Below, in pieces: positions 26,266-38,881 of a stretch of DNA of 64,000 nt. Below the pieces are notes generated by a model, which was not told the DNA's origin, made no database searches, and worked only from the letters and a program-made list of their open reading frames with translations. The DNA is from Octopus sinensis. Its lineage: Eukaryota. The position numbers were made by a program, and so were the translations under genes. The first letter of the stretch is position 1. The number at the start of each line of letters is the position of its first letter. The stretch lies in contig NC_042997.1 of assembly GCF_006345805.1 (NCBI RefSeq), positions 108,252,001 through 108,316,000 on the forward strand. The letters are read 5' to 3'.

Positions 26266-28639
26266 ACGGGGTTTAGGAAGTGCACAAGTTGGCAATGAGG
26301 ACTAAAGGGAAATTTTAGCAATGAAACAATCACATAATTAAGGACTGCAAAAGCAGAAGATAAAAAAAAAAGGGTATATATATATATATATATAAATATA
26401 TGTAATTTTGATATGACACCATGTCATTTAGTGTAATAATATCTGTTGTACTTGGATAAACCAACTCCTGTATTCGTCCAGCATTGACCAATTTTTTTGA
26501 ATAATATATTCAGTAGACCTTTACCTTGTCACTTCATACATTTATTTAGATTGCCATTATCACACCGCCATTCCATGGATTATGTTTAATGTTTTTATCT
26601 TTAACCTATTGTTACATCCTCATTTCTCTTTACTCTGTCACATGCACACCACACACACACACACACTCCTCTGTTTCTGCTGTGTGACTCTTCACCTTAT
26701 CCAACCAGTTTGTATAACTGTGTACATACACGTTCTTGTACGGGTCATTATAAAAGGTTAATTGACTAAATTTGGGCATTAATTTGAATTTAACGACTTC
26801 CAGAGATCTAAATCATTGTTTTATGCTTTAGTTGTTGTATATATTAGATGTGAACATCATCTAACCCAAGATGATGATGATGATAAACTTTTTTCTTTGT
26901 TACGATTGATATTCTTCTATGTATTATCTGCAGTGTCATTATAAATGTAGGATTGTTGTCTTCTCGTTAAGATATAATGCCAGTAATTTATTGAGAGAGA
27001 TCATCAGAGTTTTCAAAGAATATATTTGCATGTATTAATTTAGAAATTGCTTTGAAAAACCTGTTGACGAAAATCATTTCAGCAAATTCATAACGAAGCT
27101 GAATAGCTTTCCTGCAAAGTTGAACCCTGTTGATGCCCATGTGCCTTAGGCCACTCCTTGTGATACGATCTTCCTCTTTAGAAGTGATTTAAATTAAAAC
27201 CCTTCCATCAAAACCTCATGTTGATTTATATGCCAAATTCTAGCTTAATAATGTGGAAGTTTACTAAACGCTTCATTATTTTCAAAATTATTTGAACGAA
27301 ATAATGTGTGTTTCATCAGAAATGTGGTTAGGAAAGCATTATAAAGTAGAGCTTCCATTATAACTTGGTCCTAAAATTACAGATGACTAGAATGACAAAT
27401 AGACAGACTCTGATCGGAAACCAAATACGAAGTTGTCATTCAAATACTGATTTGAATGACTCTCCAGAACTATAGGATTTGAATGGAAACCTTGCTTGTT
27501 GGCAAAATATTCATAAAATAAATATAATTTACCTACGCAAGGTACCTGTTTACTGCTAGCAGCAACAATATCTTGTCCAGAGCAACTTTATTCATTGGAT
27601 TCAAGATGTAATCTTTTGTCTCGCAGAATGTCTCACACCACACAGACGTGGCTGGATTTGCTTGCATTTATTCCAGGATAAACTTCCTCCTGAACTGTTA
27701 TATCAAGCATGGCTGACTCTGAGTCACTCTGAGGTTGTGTTTTAAGGACATAATTTACTTTAATAAATGCCAGAGGTACACAGACATTCCATTAAAAGCT
27801 GCTCAACTGTGCAGACATTTTGCTTGTCGTGAGAATTCATTACACAACTCAAATTCCTGTTCTCTCTGTTGAAACCATTGCAATGACAGATTAAGCTTTA
27901 TCGTTTTCTTCTTCTTTATGTCTGGATTTAAGTGTATTATCAGTTATCAAATATTCCAGTTGTTTTGCTTCACACCTTGACTTACGTAGAAATACCTAAA
28001 TCCTAAATGTCAAGACATTATTATATTCAAGCATTAACATCTATCTCTATCTCTGTCTGTCCCCCCTCTCTCTCTCTCCCTATCTCCCCCCTCTCTCTCT
28101 CCCTCTCTCTCCCTATCTCACCCCTCTCTCTCTCATATTTTAAAAATTATTTCTGGGTTTAGCTCAGTTGTCTGCTGACCTAAGAACCTATATTACTGCA
28201 TCTATTTTTATCTTGGGAAAATCTTTTGTACATTGTCACACTTGTCTTTCACTTTTCCCATAGCCTTTGCTTGAAAGTCTGTCCTGTAGTGCAAGCAGGA
28301 AAAAGATTCATAGAGAATGCTTTATCTTAATCAGAATACTAATGATGTTTGTGACACTACCACCATGACCACCACCACCACCACCACCAAAAGCAGCAAC
28401 AACTAATGTCTGTTTATTACTGCATCAGTTTCTGTTCTTAGATGAAGATTTTGATAAGAACTTTGCTATTTTGAACTGAATTCATCTTTGATCAAAAAGT
28501 TATAATTGATTACCAAATGTTCTGGGGGTAAACTGGAATGATTAGGGTTCAAGTAGGGACTGTTGCAATCTCTGTTGGTTACAAGGGAATCATATTTTTA
28601 ATTTTATGGTCAAGTCTTTTCTTTAATTTCCAGATATGA

Positions 28640-29149
28640 TTAAATAGCTTGGTGACAATCTCCTTTTCAGTAAGCTACGACATAACAGTAGCACTTCTTG
28701 AATTTGCTTTCCATCATGCCTATGTACCTTTTTTTGTTGTTAAGTCCAGTGAGGTGACTTGCAATGTTTTTCTCAGTTCTGCTGGTTGCGGGTCTCCCAG
28801 AACATTCGTCACTATTGACATTTTTTCAACCATCTTAGAAATGTCTGAACCACTCCTACACTTGTGTGCAGCTCATACACTCCTCTCCACGCACTTTCTG
28901 CAACTTTGCACAGGCCTCTGAGCAGGTGTCACCATGACAGCTTTCTCTGTCATGATCAATGCGATGATCACATGCTACACACCTTCCTTCCTACCACTGC
29001 TGTAAGCAGCACAAAGGAGCTAGAATGTTAAAACTTAGTGTACAAGCACAGCAGGGTTCAAGGTTAATCTTTGCCAAGCGGCTTCACTCTACGTGCTTTT
29101 GCTTCGTTACTATGGTAACAGTCGGGATACTTATTGATCACACCTCATA
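28640..29149 (-). mobile_element. Decayed mariner-like DNA transposon, 5' end
   Basis: Mariner-type terminus tatgaggtgtgatcaataagtatc; translation AKLQKVRGEECMSCTQV*EWFRHF*DG*KNVNSDECSGRPATSRTEKNI matches the mariner N-terminal HTH region, with stops. Confidence 0.8.
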
Positions 29150-29999
29150 TCTAATGGATGTTTGAGTTTCTGAAGTTTCATGGGGCCTAGGTATTACTCT
29201 TCTAGGTTTTTATGAACTTTTTCATATTGATAGTTAAGCTGTAACTATTTCTGAAGTTCTGTCTGTGGAGGTATGATTGTGTGGAGGTATAACTCTGTTT
29301 CTAGTGTGTGGAGGGATGACTGTGTGGCCAAATGTCTGCTTCACGGTTATGAGGAGCAATTCCATTGCTTGGTACGTTGACCAAGTATTATTTCCAACAT
29401 CTTCAGGTTTAACTAAACCTTCTTAGTAAAACTAGGTAGGTAGAAACTGTGAGAGCCTATTAGATGAACTGTAGCTGTAATTCTTGGGGGTTGATGCCTT
29501 ACTCTAAGTCTGCCTGGAGCTTACATTAAGGGTGCAAGGGTTGAATGACTACACCCAAGTTTTTTTACCATGTCATTCTGTGTTTACACTTGAATTATAT
29601 TCAGCTACTTGTCTTCATTACCAATAAATAGAGGATTCTAACTATTGAACAAATGTATATATTATGCATGTATATGTATACATATAGGCTTAGTCATATT
29701 CAAATGTAAGAACTGAAAGCCGAATTATTTCTGTAAGGTCACTTCAAGTGGGGGGGGTATCCCATTGTTGCACCACATTGCTGCAACAAGCATTTACCAC
29801 TTGTTGGTTTATTCCCGGGACCTCCTGGGTGACTGGTAAAGCTGAGTACCAGTCAGTCCCCGTCTCCACGTGATACCTCATCATCTACTATAACCATATA
29901 ACCCCTGGTTGACCACCACAAGCCATCAACCCAGCTGGATCATCAGTGAAAAGAACACAGTAAGCTGGGTCTGACTCGAAAAATTGAACAACATGGCCA

Positions 30000-30275
30000 A
30001 ACAGTTTGGGGTGTGGCCATTGCCAGCGCCGCCTTGACTGGCTTCCGTGCCGGTGGCACGTAAAAAACACCAACCGATCATGCTGTTGCCAACCTCGCCT
30101 GGCACCTGTGCCAGTGGCACATAAAAAGCACCCACTACACTCACGGAGTGGTTGGCATTAGGAAGGGCATCCAGCTGTAGACACACTTCCAGATCAGACT
30201 GGAGCCTGGTGCAGCCTCCTGACCCCGGTTGAACTGTTCAACCCATGCTAGCATGGAAAACGGACGTTAAACAAC
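30000..30275 (+). mobile_element. RTE 3' UTR fragment
   Basis: gtgccggtggcacgtaaaa...ccaacccatgctagcatggaaaacggacgttaaac. Confidence 0.9.
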
Positions 30276-31544
30276 GAACGATGGGATTTCTGTATGACTG
30301 AAATATAATTAAAAAACACGTTAAAGTCATTCAGGTATATTTATTCTTGTTGGTTCATCAGTTTTAAATATTTTTCTTCAAGTTTTTGCCATTATCTAAA
30401 TCTATCATTTGAGGATTCCTTTTGTTTTCCTTTTGTTAAGAAATAATTTTGTCATACCTAACAACTTTCTTGATTTATTCTTATACTTATCTCCTCTCTT
30501 TGTTGTAATTTGTTCCTTAATCACTGAGGATTCTCTAAATAAGCATCACCTTTTTAGGACGAGGAACTTTTTCTCTTGGAGAACTGCTAAATTCATTTGG
30601 TTTGCAATCAATGCTTTCTTCTTTCATAGTTCTACATTACAACAATAAATTCATATTTTTATAAAAACAATTTTTGCTGTTTTATTACTTTTACTAAGTT
30701 TTCGTGAGACACAATTATACTTTTCTCATTTTTCTTTCTATGAATTATAAAACCAGTTTAAATTACCTAAATCACATAGTTTCAACTAACTCAAGATCTA
30801 TTTTTAAAACCTTCTCAGTGTGTCAGTTGATGGTGGGTGGAGTATATAAAATGTTTTATGTGGTTATTGAAAAAAATAGATTTGATAACAGAACCGTATT
30901 TTAAATAATTTCAAAGTACAATTAAGCATTTTTAACCATGTGATTCCTCACTGCATATTGATAATAGGTATTTCATATAATCACCTTAATGAATTAGTAA
31001 CTGATGAGAGGTATTTTATGTAATCACCTTAATTAATAATTGCAGTTGATGGTAAATTAAACAACAAAGAAATATACATCTCCATTTGTACCTTTTTTTT
31101 CCATGGGCTAAAGAAAGGCTAAAATTCTATAGAATTTGCTCAGTATTGCAAATGTTTTGTGTCTTGGAGTTCTTCAAGTGTTGTTACCAATCATCTCCTT
31201 ATACAGATCTCTTTTGGTAATACTCATATTGTATGGCAACAATAACTAAACTGTGGAAATTGTAGTAAAAATATCAGCAACATCATCATCATCATTTGAT
31301 GATGATGATGATGATATTTTCACTATAATATATCGATATTTTTTTAATAGCAATGAAATAATTATGTTTGCTAATTGTTTAAATAAGAAACTGTTTCACA
31401 CCAGTTTTATTTCTCAACTATCTTTTTCCTTTTGGATCCCTTTCATTCCTATTTTACTCAACTGAACCATCATTACCATTCAATCTTTAAAAAATCCTAT
31501 TTTTACTATCAAATATTAAGAATTGTATAAAAAATTAACATATT

Positions 31545-31690
31545 TTGTGTATTCTGTTGTGTCTAGGGAGAGTCAGTTTCTTTTTGTGCTTTATTATATA
31601 ACACACTCACTGGTAAAATTTCCACTTTTTTTCTTATTCTTATTTTCCTAATATAAAGAATCTTGCAAACAGAATCCAAAAATGAAATAT
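31545..31690. mobile_element. Family H1 fragments lacking the ribozyme
   Basis: attctgttgtgtctagggagagtc...ttttccta joined to ataaagaatcttgcaaac. Confidence 0.7.
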
Positions 31691-31744
31691 TTTGTGTATT
31701 GTTGACACATAATCAATTTATTGCAGATAAATGTTAATAACAAA

Positions 31745-31798
31745 ATCTCATATGGACCCCTATAAGGGCCATATGGACCCCGGTTGGGAACCAGTAGT
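31745..31798 (-). mobile_element. Possible hAT-type MITE terminus
   Basis: Minus strand ctactggttcccaaccggggtccatatgg resembles CAGTGGTTCCCAAC hAT termini. Confidence 0.4.
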
Positions 31799-31935
31799 TC
31801 ACACCTAAATTTTGTTTTGGCAAATTCTGTTCCTAATTAGCAGATATATTAAATGGTATTGAGATTAATATTTGTGATGTGATGGTGTAGTATTTAATAT
31901 TGTTGAACAATTATTGGCAATAGTTTAAAAGTACT

Positions 31936-31937
<2 letters not shown>

Positions 31938-31973
<36 letters not shown>

Positions 31974-32027
31974 GTTATTATTATTATTATTGTTATTATT
32001 ATTATTGTTATTATTATTATTGTTATT
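31938..32027. repeat. (ATT/GTT)n microsatellite
   Basis: Direct reading. Confidence 0.95.
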
Positions 32028-33907
32028 CATAATATATACATTGGGACATTGATATTAAATGTGATGTAATGAATGATTGTGTTTTAAGGCGGCTAGTGTG
32101 GGTGGAATCATATTATTGTGTTGAAATGTAGTTAATTATTCTGTTTGTTTTAGTCTGGGTTAATGAGGTCGTTTTTTCTTAGGATGAGAAAGAAAATCAT
32201 TTGTATGACCTTGTAAATCTATTTCAACTATGTGCCTACATTCTCTCTGCCTCTTTCTCTCCCTCTCCTCTTTCTCTCCCTCTCCTCTTTCTCTCCCTCT
32301 CCTCTTTCTCTTCCCTCTCTGTCATTTTAGCAATGTCGTTTATCATAGACCAATTAGTGAAGTAATTAATATTTAGCTCTGTCATGGATGCAAGGACCAA
32401 CCAGCGTGGCTGTTTATGTAAATGATATTTCTGTTACAACTGATCTTATGCTGAAAGTATTTAGTGTTTTTAAAAAATGACAACTTCAAAAGTTAAAGTT
32501 AAAAATTATAATTTTAATTTAAAAACTATAACTAAAAATTATAACTAGTTAGTTAAAAGTATAACTAATGATAAAGGAACAAAAAGTGATAGACAATATA
32601 TAAAATATATAAAAAAAATATTAAAAAATAACAATAATAAGGATATAAATTATATCATTTTCATGATTATATAAAATATGTGTATATGATGATGGTCATA
32701 CAACTACCACCACCAACTCTATCATGACTTCTGCCGCCTCCCCTCTTTCTTTCCAATTTTCAATCTCTACTTTTGGAAAATAGTGACATTTTGTTACTCC
32801 ATCATCTTGGACATGTTGCCTTGATCATTCCCTCTAGCTCCTCAACACCATCACCTCTCTCTCTCTCTCATATCATTCCATCCCTTATCACTCTCACTAA
32901 CCCCTAACACTACTCTTTCTCTTTCCCTATTATTGTTCTCTTCCTTAACTCTGAATTTTTCAATCAACACCCTCTAGCAACAACAACAACAACACCTTGC
33001 CTTACGGTCATCACCCTTTTTTCTTATTCTTTCTGTCCGAAATGAAAGTTCTTTAGTTTTGCAATTTATAAGGTGACATTACTAGTGCTGGTACCACAAA
33101 AAAGGTACTCTGAACACTTTTTGTAAAATGGTAAGCATTAGGAAGAATATCCATCTGTAGAAACCATGCCAAAACAGATATCAGAGCTCAGTGCAGTCCT
33201 CTGTTTCATTGGATTTTGTCAAAGCATTTAGTCCCTGCCAGCATGCATGATGGATGGCCAATAAACGATAATGATTGGTTTTTCATTTGAAGTTATGTAA
33301 ATCACAGTTTTGCTGTGTCTTTCTGGTGATTTTATTACTCTGTAAAGCTGAAATGTCTTATGACTTTTATATCTGCAAGTACACATTCATTTAGTTGTCT
33401 GCTCATTATAGATTCCTTAAAATATAGAATTTCATAGGTTTCAGCTGTGCAGAGATTACGAGGCATTTGATTTCCATTAAATGCTCCAGCTTTCATTATT
33501 ATATTCATATTTTTTGTTGCTGCAATTTAATTTAACTTTTTACTTCAGGGCCTAAAACTGGATATTATCCCTACAAAAAAATAGTATCTTTTAGTTGCCT
33601 TAATTATTTCATTTGTTATTTTTACCCTTATTTTAATCATCATTATTACTACATTATTATTTCTTATCAATTTCTGTTTCAATTAGATATATGCATGTGT
33701 ATGTGCGCATGTGCACAAATATGTATATGTGTGTGTTAATATATCTATATACATACAAACGCTGAAATTATATTTATTACATACTTTTCTCTTTTTTCTT
33801 TTTAAATTGCAAATTATTTATAGAAAAAGATTCTCCATAAAACCAGGCTCAATCCAAATGTCATAACATAATATTCATAACAATATACACACTGGTCAAT
33901 CTTTACA

Positions 33908-34098
33908 CACATCATCATCATCATCATTGTTTAATGTCTGTTTTCCATGCTAGCATGGGTTGGACGGGTCTGGCAAGCCAGGAGGCTGCACCAGGCTCCA
34001 GTCTGATCTGGCAGTGTTTCTACAGCTGGATGCCCTTCCTAATGCCAACCACTCTGTGAGTGTAGTGGGTGCTTTTTACGTGCCACCGGCACAGGGGC
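33908..34098 (-). mobile_element. RTE 3' UTR fragment
   Basis: Family motifs. Confidence 0.9.
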
Positions 34099-35224
34099 CG
34101 AAATCATATTTTACTTATTAACTTTATAATTAACATTATATCAAAAAACCATGTCATAACAGTTCTCAGTAATACACCTGGTCTCACTGCAATGGCCATA
34201 TTAGCTGCAGTTTCACTAATTAACTGCTACTTTAATTAAATCTGAAAGAACGAGAGGCAAAGTTGACCTTGGCTAGATTTGAACTTAGAATGTAAAGAGC
34301 CTGAAAAAAAAAATAGTGCTATAACAATTCCACCATCGAACAATAATGATAATGATAGTAGTTGGTATCCAATTTGATGTGCGCTAAATGTTAAGGCTGC
34401 ACCGTGTGAAGAATAATGTGATTAGATTTAGTAATATTGTGTGTTGGTTGTTGCTGTTGTTGTTGTCAGGTTTGTTGTCTGAACATCAGTGAGTCATGTG
34501 ACATCAAAAGAGAGATCAGCAGAAATTGGTGAAACATCAACTAAATAAAAACAGGATATGAAATGATATGTTGGTGAAGCAGTTCTTTCTTCTACCCCCT
34601 CACCCACCACCACCACCACCCACTCCTAGAGCCTTTAATTACTTCAATTATTAGTTATTTTCTCATCATTTTATACACATGCTTCCCTACATTATATATA
34701 TATATATACACACACACACCATTTTATAAATGCAATAACAAATTGGCTAGTAATAGTTTCATGCTTTAGTGATACAATAATTTGGCAGATTTATATAACA
34801 TGCCCTGTATCTCCTAGCAATCTTTCTTGCACAGTTCATAAAGTTTGATATATTTAAAAACCAGGATATTGGTCTATGAGAGAAAAAAAAAAAGAAGGAA
34901 ATTGAGGCAAAAAGTGGAATGAGAAGAAAGAAATCTCCCAATTTATGGTGCCTCTAAAGCATGAAACCATTAGCAGCTCTTTTGTAAATTGTGTCTATTA
35001 AATAATATTTATCTCTCACTGGATGGAATACTTGTTTTGTTGATCCTACTTGTAATGGAACAATAAACTATGCATACATACATAAAACAAACAAACAAAC
35101 CCTGTTGTTGATGTTGAAATTCCAATGAAGGAACCTTGAATCTAAGTTAGAAACTGGTTCTTTCTCTATTGGTAAGAAATCTTGAAATAAACTGAATAAT
35201 GACATTCATCATCATATATATGTG

Positions 35225-35518
35225 TGGAGGTGCAATGGCACAGTGGTTTGGGCAGTGGACTCATGGTTGTAGGATCGCGGTTTCAATTCCTAGAACGGGC
35301 ATTGAGTGAAAACACCTAAAACTCCATGAGGCTCCGGCAGGCGGGGTGGCAATCCCTGCTGTACTCTTTCGCCGCAACTTTCTCTCACTCTTTCTTCTGT
35401 TGGCCTGCTCACTTAGCCAGCGGGGTGGTGTCATTTGAAGGCTAAAACGGTGCGAAGTGCATTGTGACCAGCGATATATAACATCTGATAGCCTGGTCGG
35501 TCATGGTGATCATGGTGA
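35225..35518 (+). mobile_element. tRNA-derived SINE family D
   Basis: Head ggaggtgcaatggcacagtggtt (A box) ... ggtttcaattcc (B box-like), about 290 bp, ending in (TA)n. Confidence 0.7.
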
Positions 35519-35524
35519 TATATA

Positions 35525-35562
<38 letters not shown>

Positions 35563-35867
35563 TCGTTTTAATGTTCGCTTTTTCATTCTTGTATGGGTTG
35601 GGTAATTTTATTAAGGCAGATTTTTCTACAAGCTGGATGCCCTTCCTGTCACCAATCCTCACCAGTTTCCAAGCAAGGTTATATTTCCCCATGGCCAGAC
35701 ATGTTTTTATGGAAGATTGGAAATGAACACCACTTGCATTTATAATTGTCACCATGTCAAAATAAGGGGACTGTAACACACACATGAACATATATATATA
35801 AGAATTTTTTGCGTAATAAGATAAAAAACCAAGGCTGTATAGATATTAGAGCATTTATAGAGAGAAG

Positions 35868-35919
35868 GTCTTACAGCTGTTTCTAGGATATTAATTAATA
35901 ATATCCCTTCATTGGAGAC
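35868..35919 (-). ncRNA. Decayed hammerhead ribozyme (G5A), family H2, in a ~155-bp element between (TA)n tracts
   Basis: GTCT-CCAATGA-A-GGGATATT(ATTAATT)AATATCCT-A-GAA-ACAGCTGT-A/AGAC. Confidence 0.65.
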
Positions 35920-35953
35920 GGTGTGAGAAGAAAAATTAAGTCATAGTTACTTT

Positions 35954-35994
<41 letters not shown>

Positions 35995-36135
35995 GACTCA
36001 GAAGTGGCTTATTTCACTTTCCATTAACCAGATTCATTCTTAAGGTTTGGCTGGCCTAGGGCTCCAATGAAAGGCATTTGTCCAAGGTGCCATGCAGTGG
36101 GACCGAACCCAAAACAGTGTGGTTGGTAAGCAAAC
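35995..36135 (-). mobile_element. SINE family B, 5' part
   Basis: ttgtccaaggtgccatgcagtgggaccgaaccc...tggttggtaagcaaac. Confidence 0.75.
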
Positions 36136-36600
36136 TTCTGAACCACAGAGACACACGTGGACCTATTTTACACACAGAGAACTATACATGGTTGTTTGAT
36201 GAAGAAGTTTGCTGCCTGACAACCACCTGGTCTCAGGTTCAGTCGTACTGTGAGGCACCTTGGTCAAGTGTCTCCTGCTCTGGCCATAAGCTGACTCATC
36301 TGTCACCTTTCAACTTCTACACCCCAGCACTTAGGAAAAAAATGAAAGATACTGGAGAGAGTTACTTTAGAGTTGTAGTCTGAAATATAAAGATGGGAAG
36401 GTCATGACTAGAAAGCTTTTCATCATAAGTCTACACTATTAAGATTGACTTAGAGCTAAATAACCACAGGTCTATTCTGTCAGGACTGAGTTTGAGCTAC
36501 ACAACAAGAACATATCCATTAATAAATCTCTTTAGAGAATTTGATCACCATGGCAATTAGTTTGTTTTGATGTTGGGCCCCAGGCAGTAGAGTATCCCCA

Positions 36601-36876
36601 AAGACAGTAGATTGTCCTCAAAGACAGCAGACCGTCTCCAAAGACAGCTGACCACCTCCAAAGATGGCAGACCATCTCCAAAGACAGCCAACCGTCTCCA
36701 AAGACAGCAGACCGTCTCCAAAGACAGCCAACCATCTCCAAAGATGGCAGACCATCTCCAAAGACAGCCAACCGTCTCCAAAGACAGCAGACTGTCTCCA
36801 AAGACAGCCAACCATCTCCAAAGACGGCAGACTGTCTCCAAAGACAGCAGACTGTCTCCAAAGACAGCAGTGTCTC
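36601..36876. repeat. 20-bp palindromic minisatellite (aagacagcagaccgtctcca) x13.5
   Basis: Exact 20-bp period; explains the ORFs at 36532-37005. Confidence 0.97.
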
Positions 36877-37909
36877 GAAACACAACCCCATGGCTGGCAT
36901 TACTGCTCAGATGTTAGTTTGTCTCAGAATCAACATGAGCGATGGGAACTGATCCAGGCTGTTGGGTCAAGTAGTTTTTGGCAAAATGGTCACTGGATTA
37001 GATAACTCTTTTAAAATTTTGCTCAATACCAGCAAATTTTCAGAGATGGATGAGTCAGTTTCATCAACCCCACTTTTCAAGTGAAACTCTTTTATTGACC
37101 CTGAATTGATGGAAAGCCAAGCCAACCATGGCTGCATTTGAACTCAGAACATAAAGCTGGAAGAAATGCTGCTAAGCATTTTGTCCAAGGCTCTAACTGT
37201 TCTGCCTGCTCCCCTCCTTACCTGATTAGATAATTAATAACTAATTAGATAGCTTAAGGATTTCAGTAAAATCCTACTAACACAATGAGGGTTGGGGTGG
37301 GCAGGTTGTATGGTACCAAACTTTGGGAAAACCCAGGTGAAATAAACAGAAAACATCATTGCTCTTGGAGTAGTAGTAAGTTCTTGTATTCTTCCTCGTT
37401 AGCTGCATATCAGTCACATAATTAGTTTGCAATTAATATTCTATTGAAACATCTATAAATCAAACTGTTTTTATCTTCTTTAGTTTCATTCTCATTCTGA
37501 TATTTTGTATTGGTTTTATAATTTCTTGTTCTTTTAAAGAGAGATCAACAAACTTGATTAGTTGTCTGTGGAAGTGAATCAAGCTTTAATCAATATCCTC
37601 AGTGTTAATTAGATGGAGCACAATTCGATCTTCTCAGCACTGCATTATCACTATATACAGGCACATACTGTATTTGACAGCTTTAAAGATGCACACAGGT
37701 ATTAGATGCACCCCAATTTCTCCACTGCATATTAATGGAAAATAAGGTTTTAGTGATTTAAAGCATGTTGTATTTAAAGCAACTTCACATATGACAAGGG
37801 GTGATTTTATAAGACTTTTGGGGAGGGGGGAAACAAGTTTCTTATACACCATCGAATACAGTTTCTCTCTCTCTTCCTCCCTCTCATATATATATATATA
37901 TACACACAT

Positions 37910-37972
<63 letters not shown>

Positions 37973-37974
37973 GA

Positions 37975-38186
37975 ATGGTTGTATACTGTCAATCTAACAC
38001 GAACGTGACAGTAGTGGGGTACACCACCGCTATATAGCCCTAGGAAGCATCGACGCCTCCTGATGGCTTTGACACATTTTTCCTGTGTCCTTATATACAT
38101 TTACGAAGGGGAGACAAACACCCCCGGCCGCCGGAGCTGCATCTAGGGACACGTGTTTCAGGATCATTGTCCTTCATCGGCCTACA
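37975..38186 (-). mobile_element. About 210-bp GC-rich hammerhead-headed mini-element (family H3) between (TA)n tracts
   Basis: Begins with the ribozyme directly after (TA)n and ends in (TA)n. Confidence 0.65.
38144..38184 (-). ncRNA. Minimal type I hammerhead ribozyme (U4C), family H3
   Basis: TAGG-CCGATGA-AGGA(CAATGA)TCCT-GAA-ACACGTGT-C/CCTA. All three stems pair; GUC cleavage triplet; perfect 8-nt palindrome as stem III. Confidence 0.8.
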
Positions 38187-38270
38187 TATATATATAGATA
38201 TATAGAGTCGCCATGATAGATCAGTACGCACTACACATATTTTTTTTCTCTCCTTGTTATTTCTGTGTCC

Positions 38271-38306
38271 CTTTCTGGAGAAGAGTGTAGGCTCGAAACG
38301 TAAAAG
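38271..38306 (+). ncRNA. Minimal hammerhead-like motif (A6G), family H4, in a ~190-bp element at 38205-38397
   Basis: CTTT-CTGGAGA-A-GAG(TGTAGG)CTC-GAA-ACGT-A/AAAG. Confidence 0.55.
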
Positions 38307-38403
38307 ACTTTTTCTATTCCTGAGTGTTATACTAATACATCTGTTTGTTTTGTACACAACCTGTTTTCGTCTTGTGTTTTTTTTCGTGAACTCTCCCTAT
38401 ATA

Positions 38404-38468
<65 letters not shown>

Positions 38469-38504
38469 GGAGAAAGAGACAGAGAGAGACATCATCTTTG
38501 TCGT

Positions 38505-38880
38505 AATCATCATTAAATTTCCTTTTTCCATGCTGGCATGGGTTGAACAGTTTGACAGGAGCTGGTAGGACTGGGAACCAACCAGGCTCCATTGTCTGTT
38601 TTGGCATGGTTTCTGCATTTCTACAGCTTGATGCCCTTCATAATGCCAACTGCTTTACAGAGTGTACTGGGTGCTTTTTACATGGCACAAGCATATAGTC
38701 TTCATCATTGTTTAACATCTGTTTTCCATGCTGGCATGAGTTGGCCAGTTTGACAGGAGCTGGCCAACTGGAGAGGTATCCAGGCTTCAAGTGTCTTATT
38801 TGACTTGGGTTTCTATGACTGGATGCCCTTCCTAATGCCAACCACTTTACAGTGTGTTCTGGGTGCTTTTACATATTCCA
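38505..38880 (-). mobile_element. Two tandem truncated RTE 3' UTR copies
   Basis: ttttccatgctggcatg...gatgcccttc.taatgccaac occurs twice. Confidence 0.8.
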
Positions 38881-38881
38881 T

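Noticed and set aside
30985-31040. CTGATGA-GAGGT...ACCTT
   Set aside because: No GAAA or stem III follows; part of a short tandem duplication.
35110-35170. CCAATGA...GAAACTGGTT motif
   Set aside because: Mutated core, weak stem II, and no adjacent stem I.
36601-36876. CRISPR array
   Set aside because: Units are contiguous with no unique spacers, there are no cas genes, and the context is eukaryotic.
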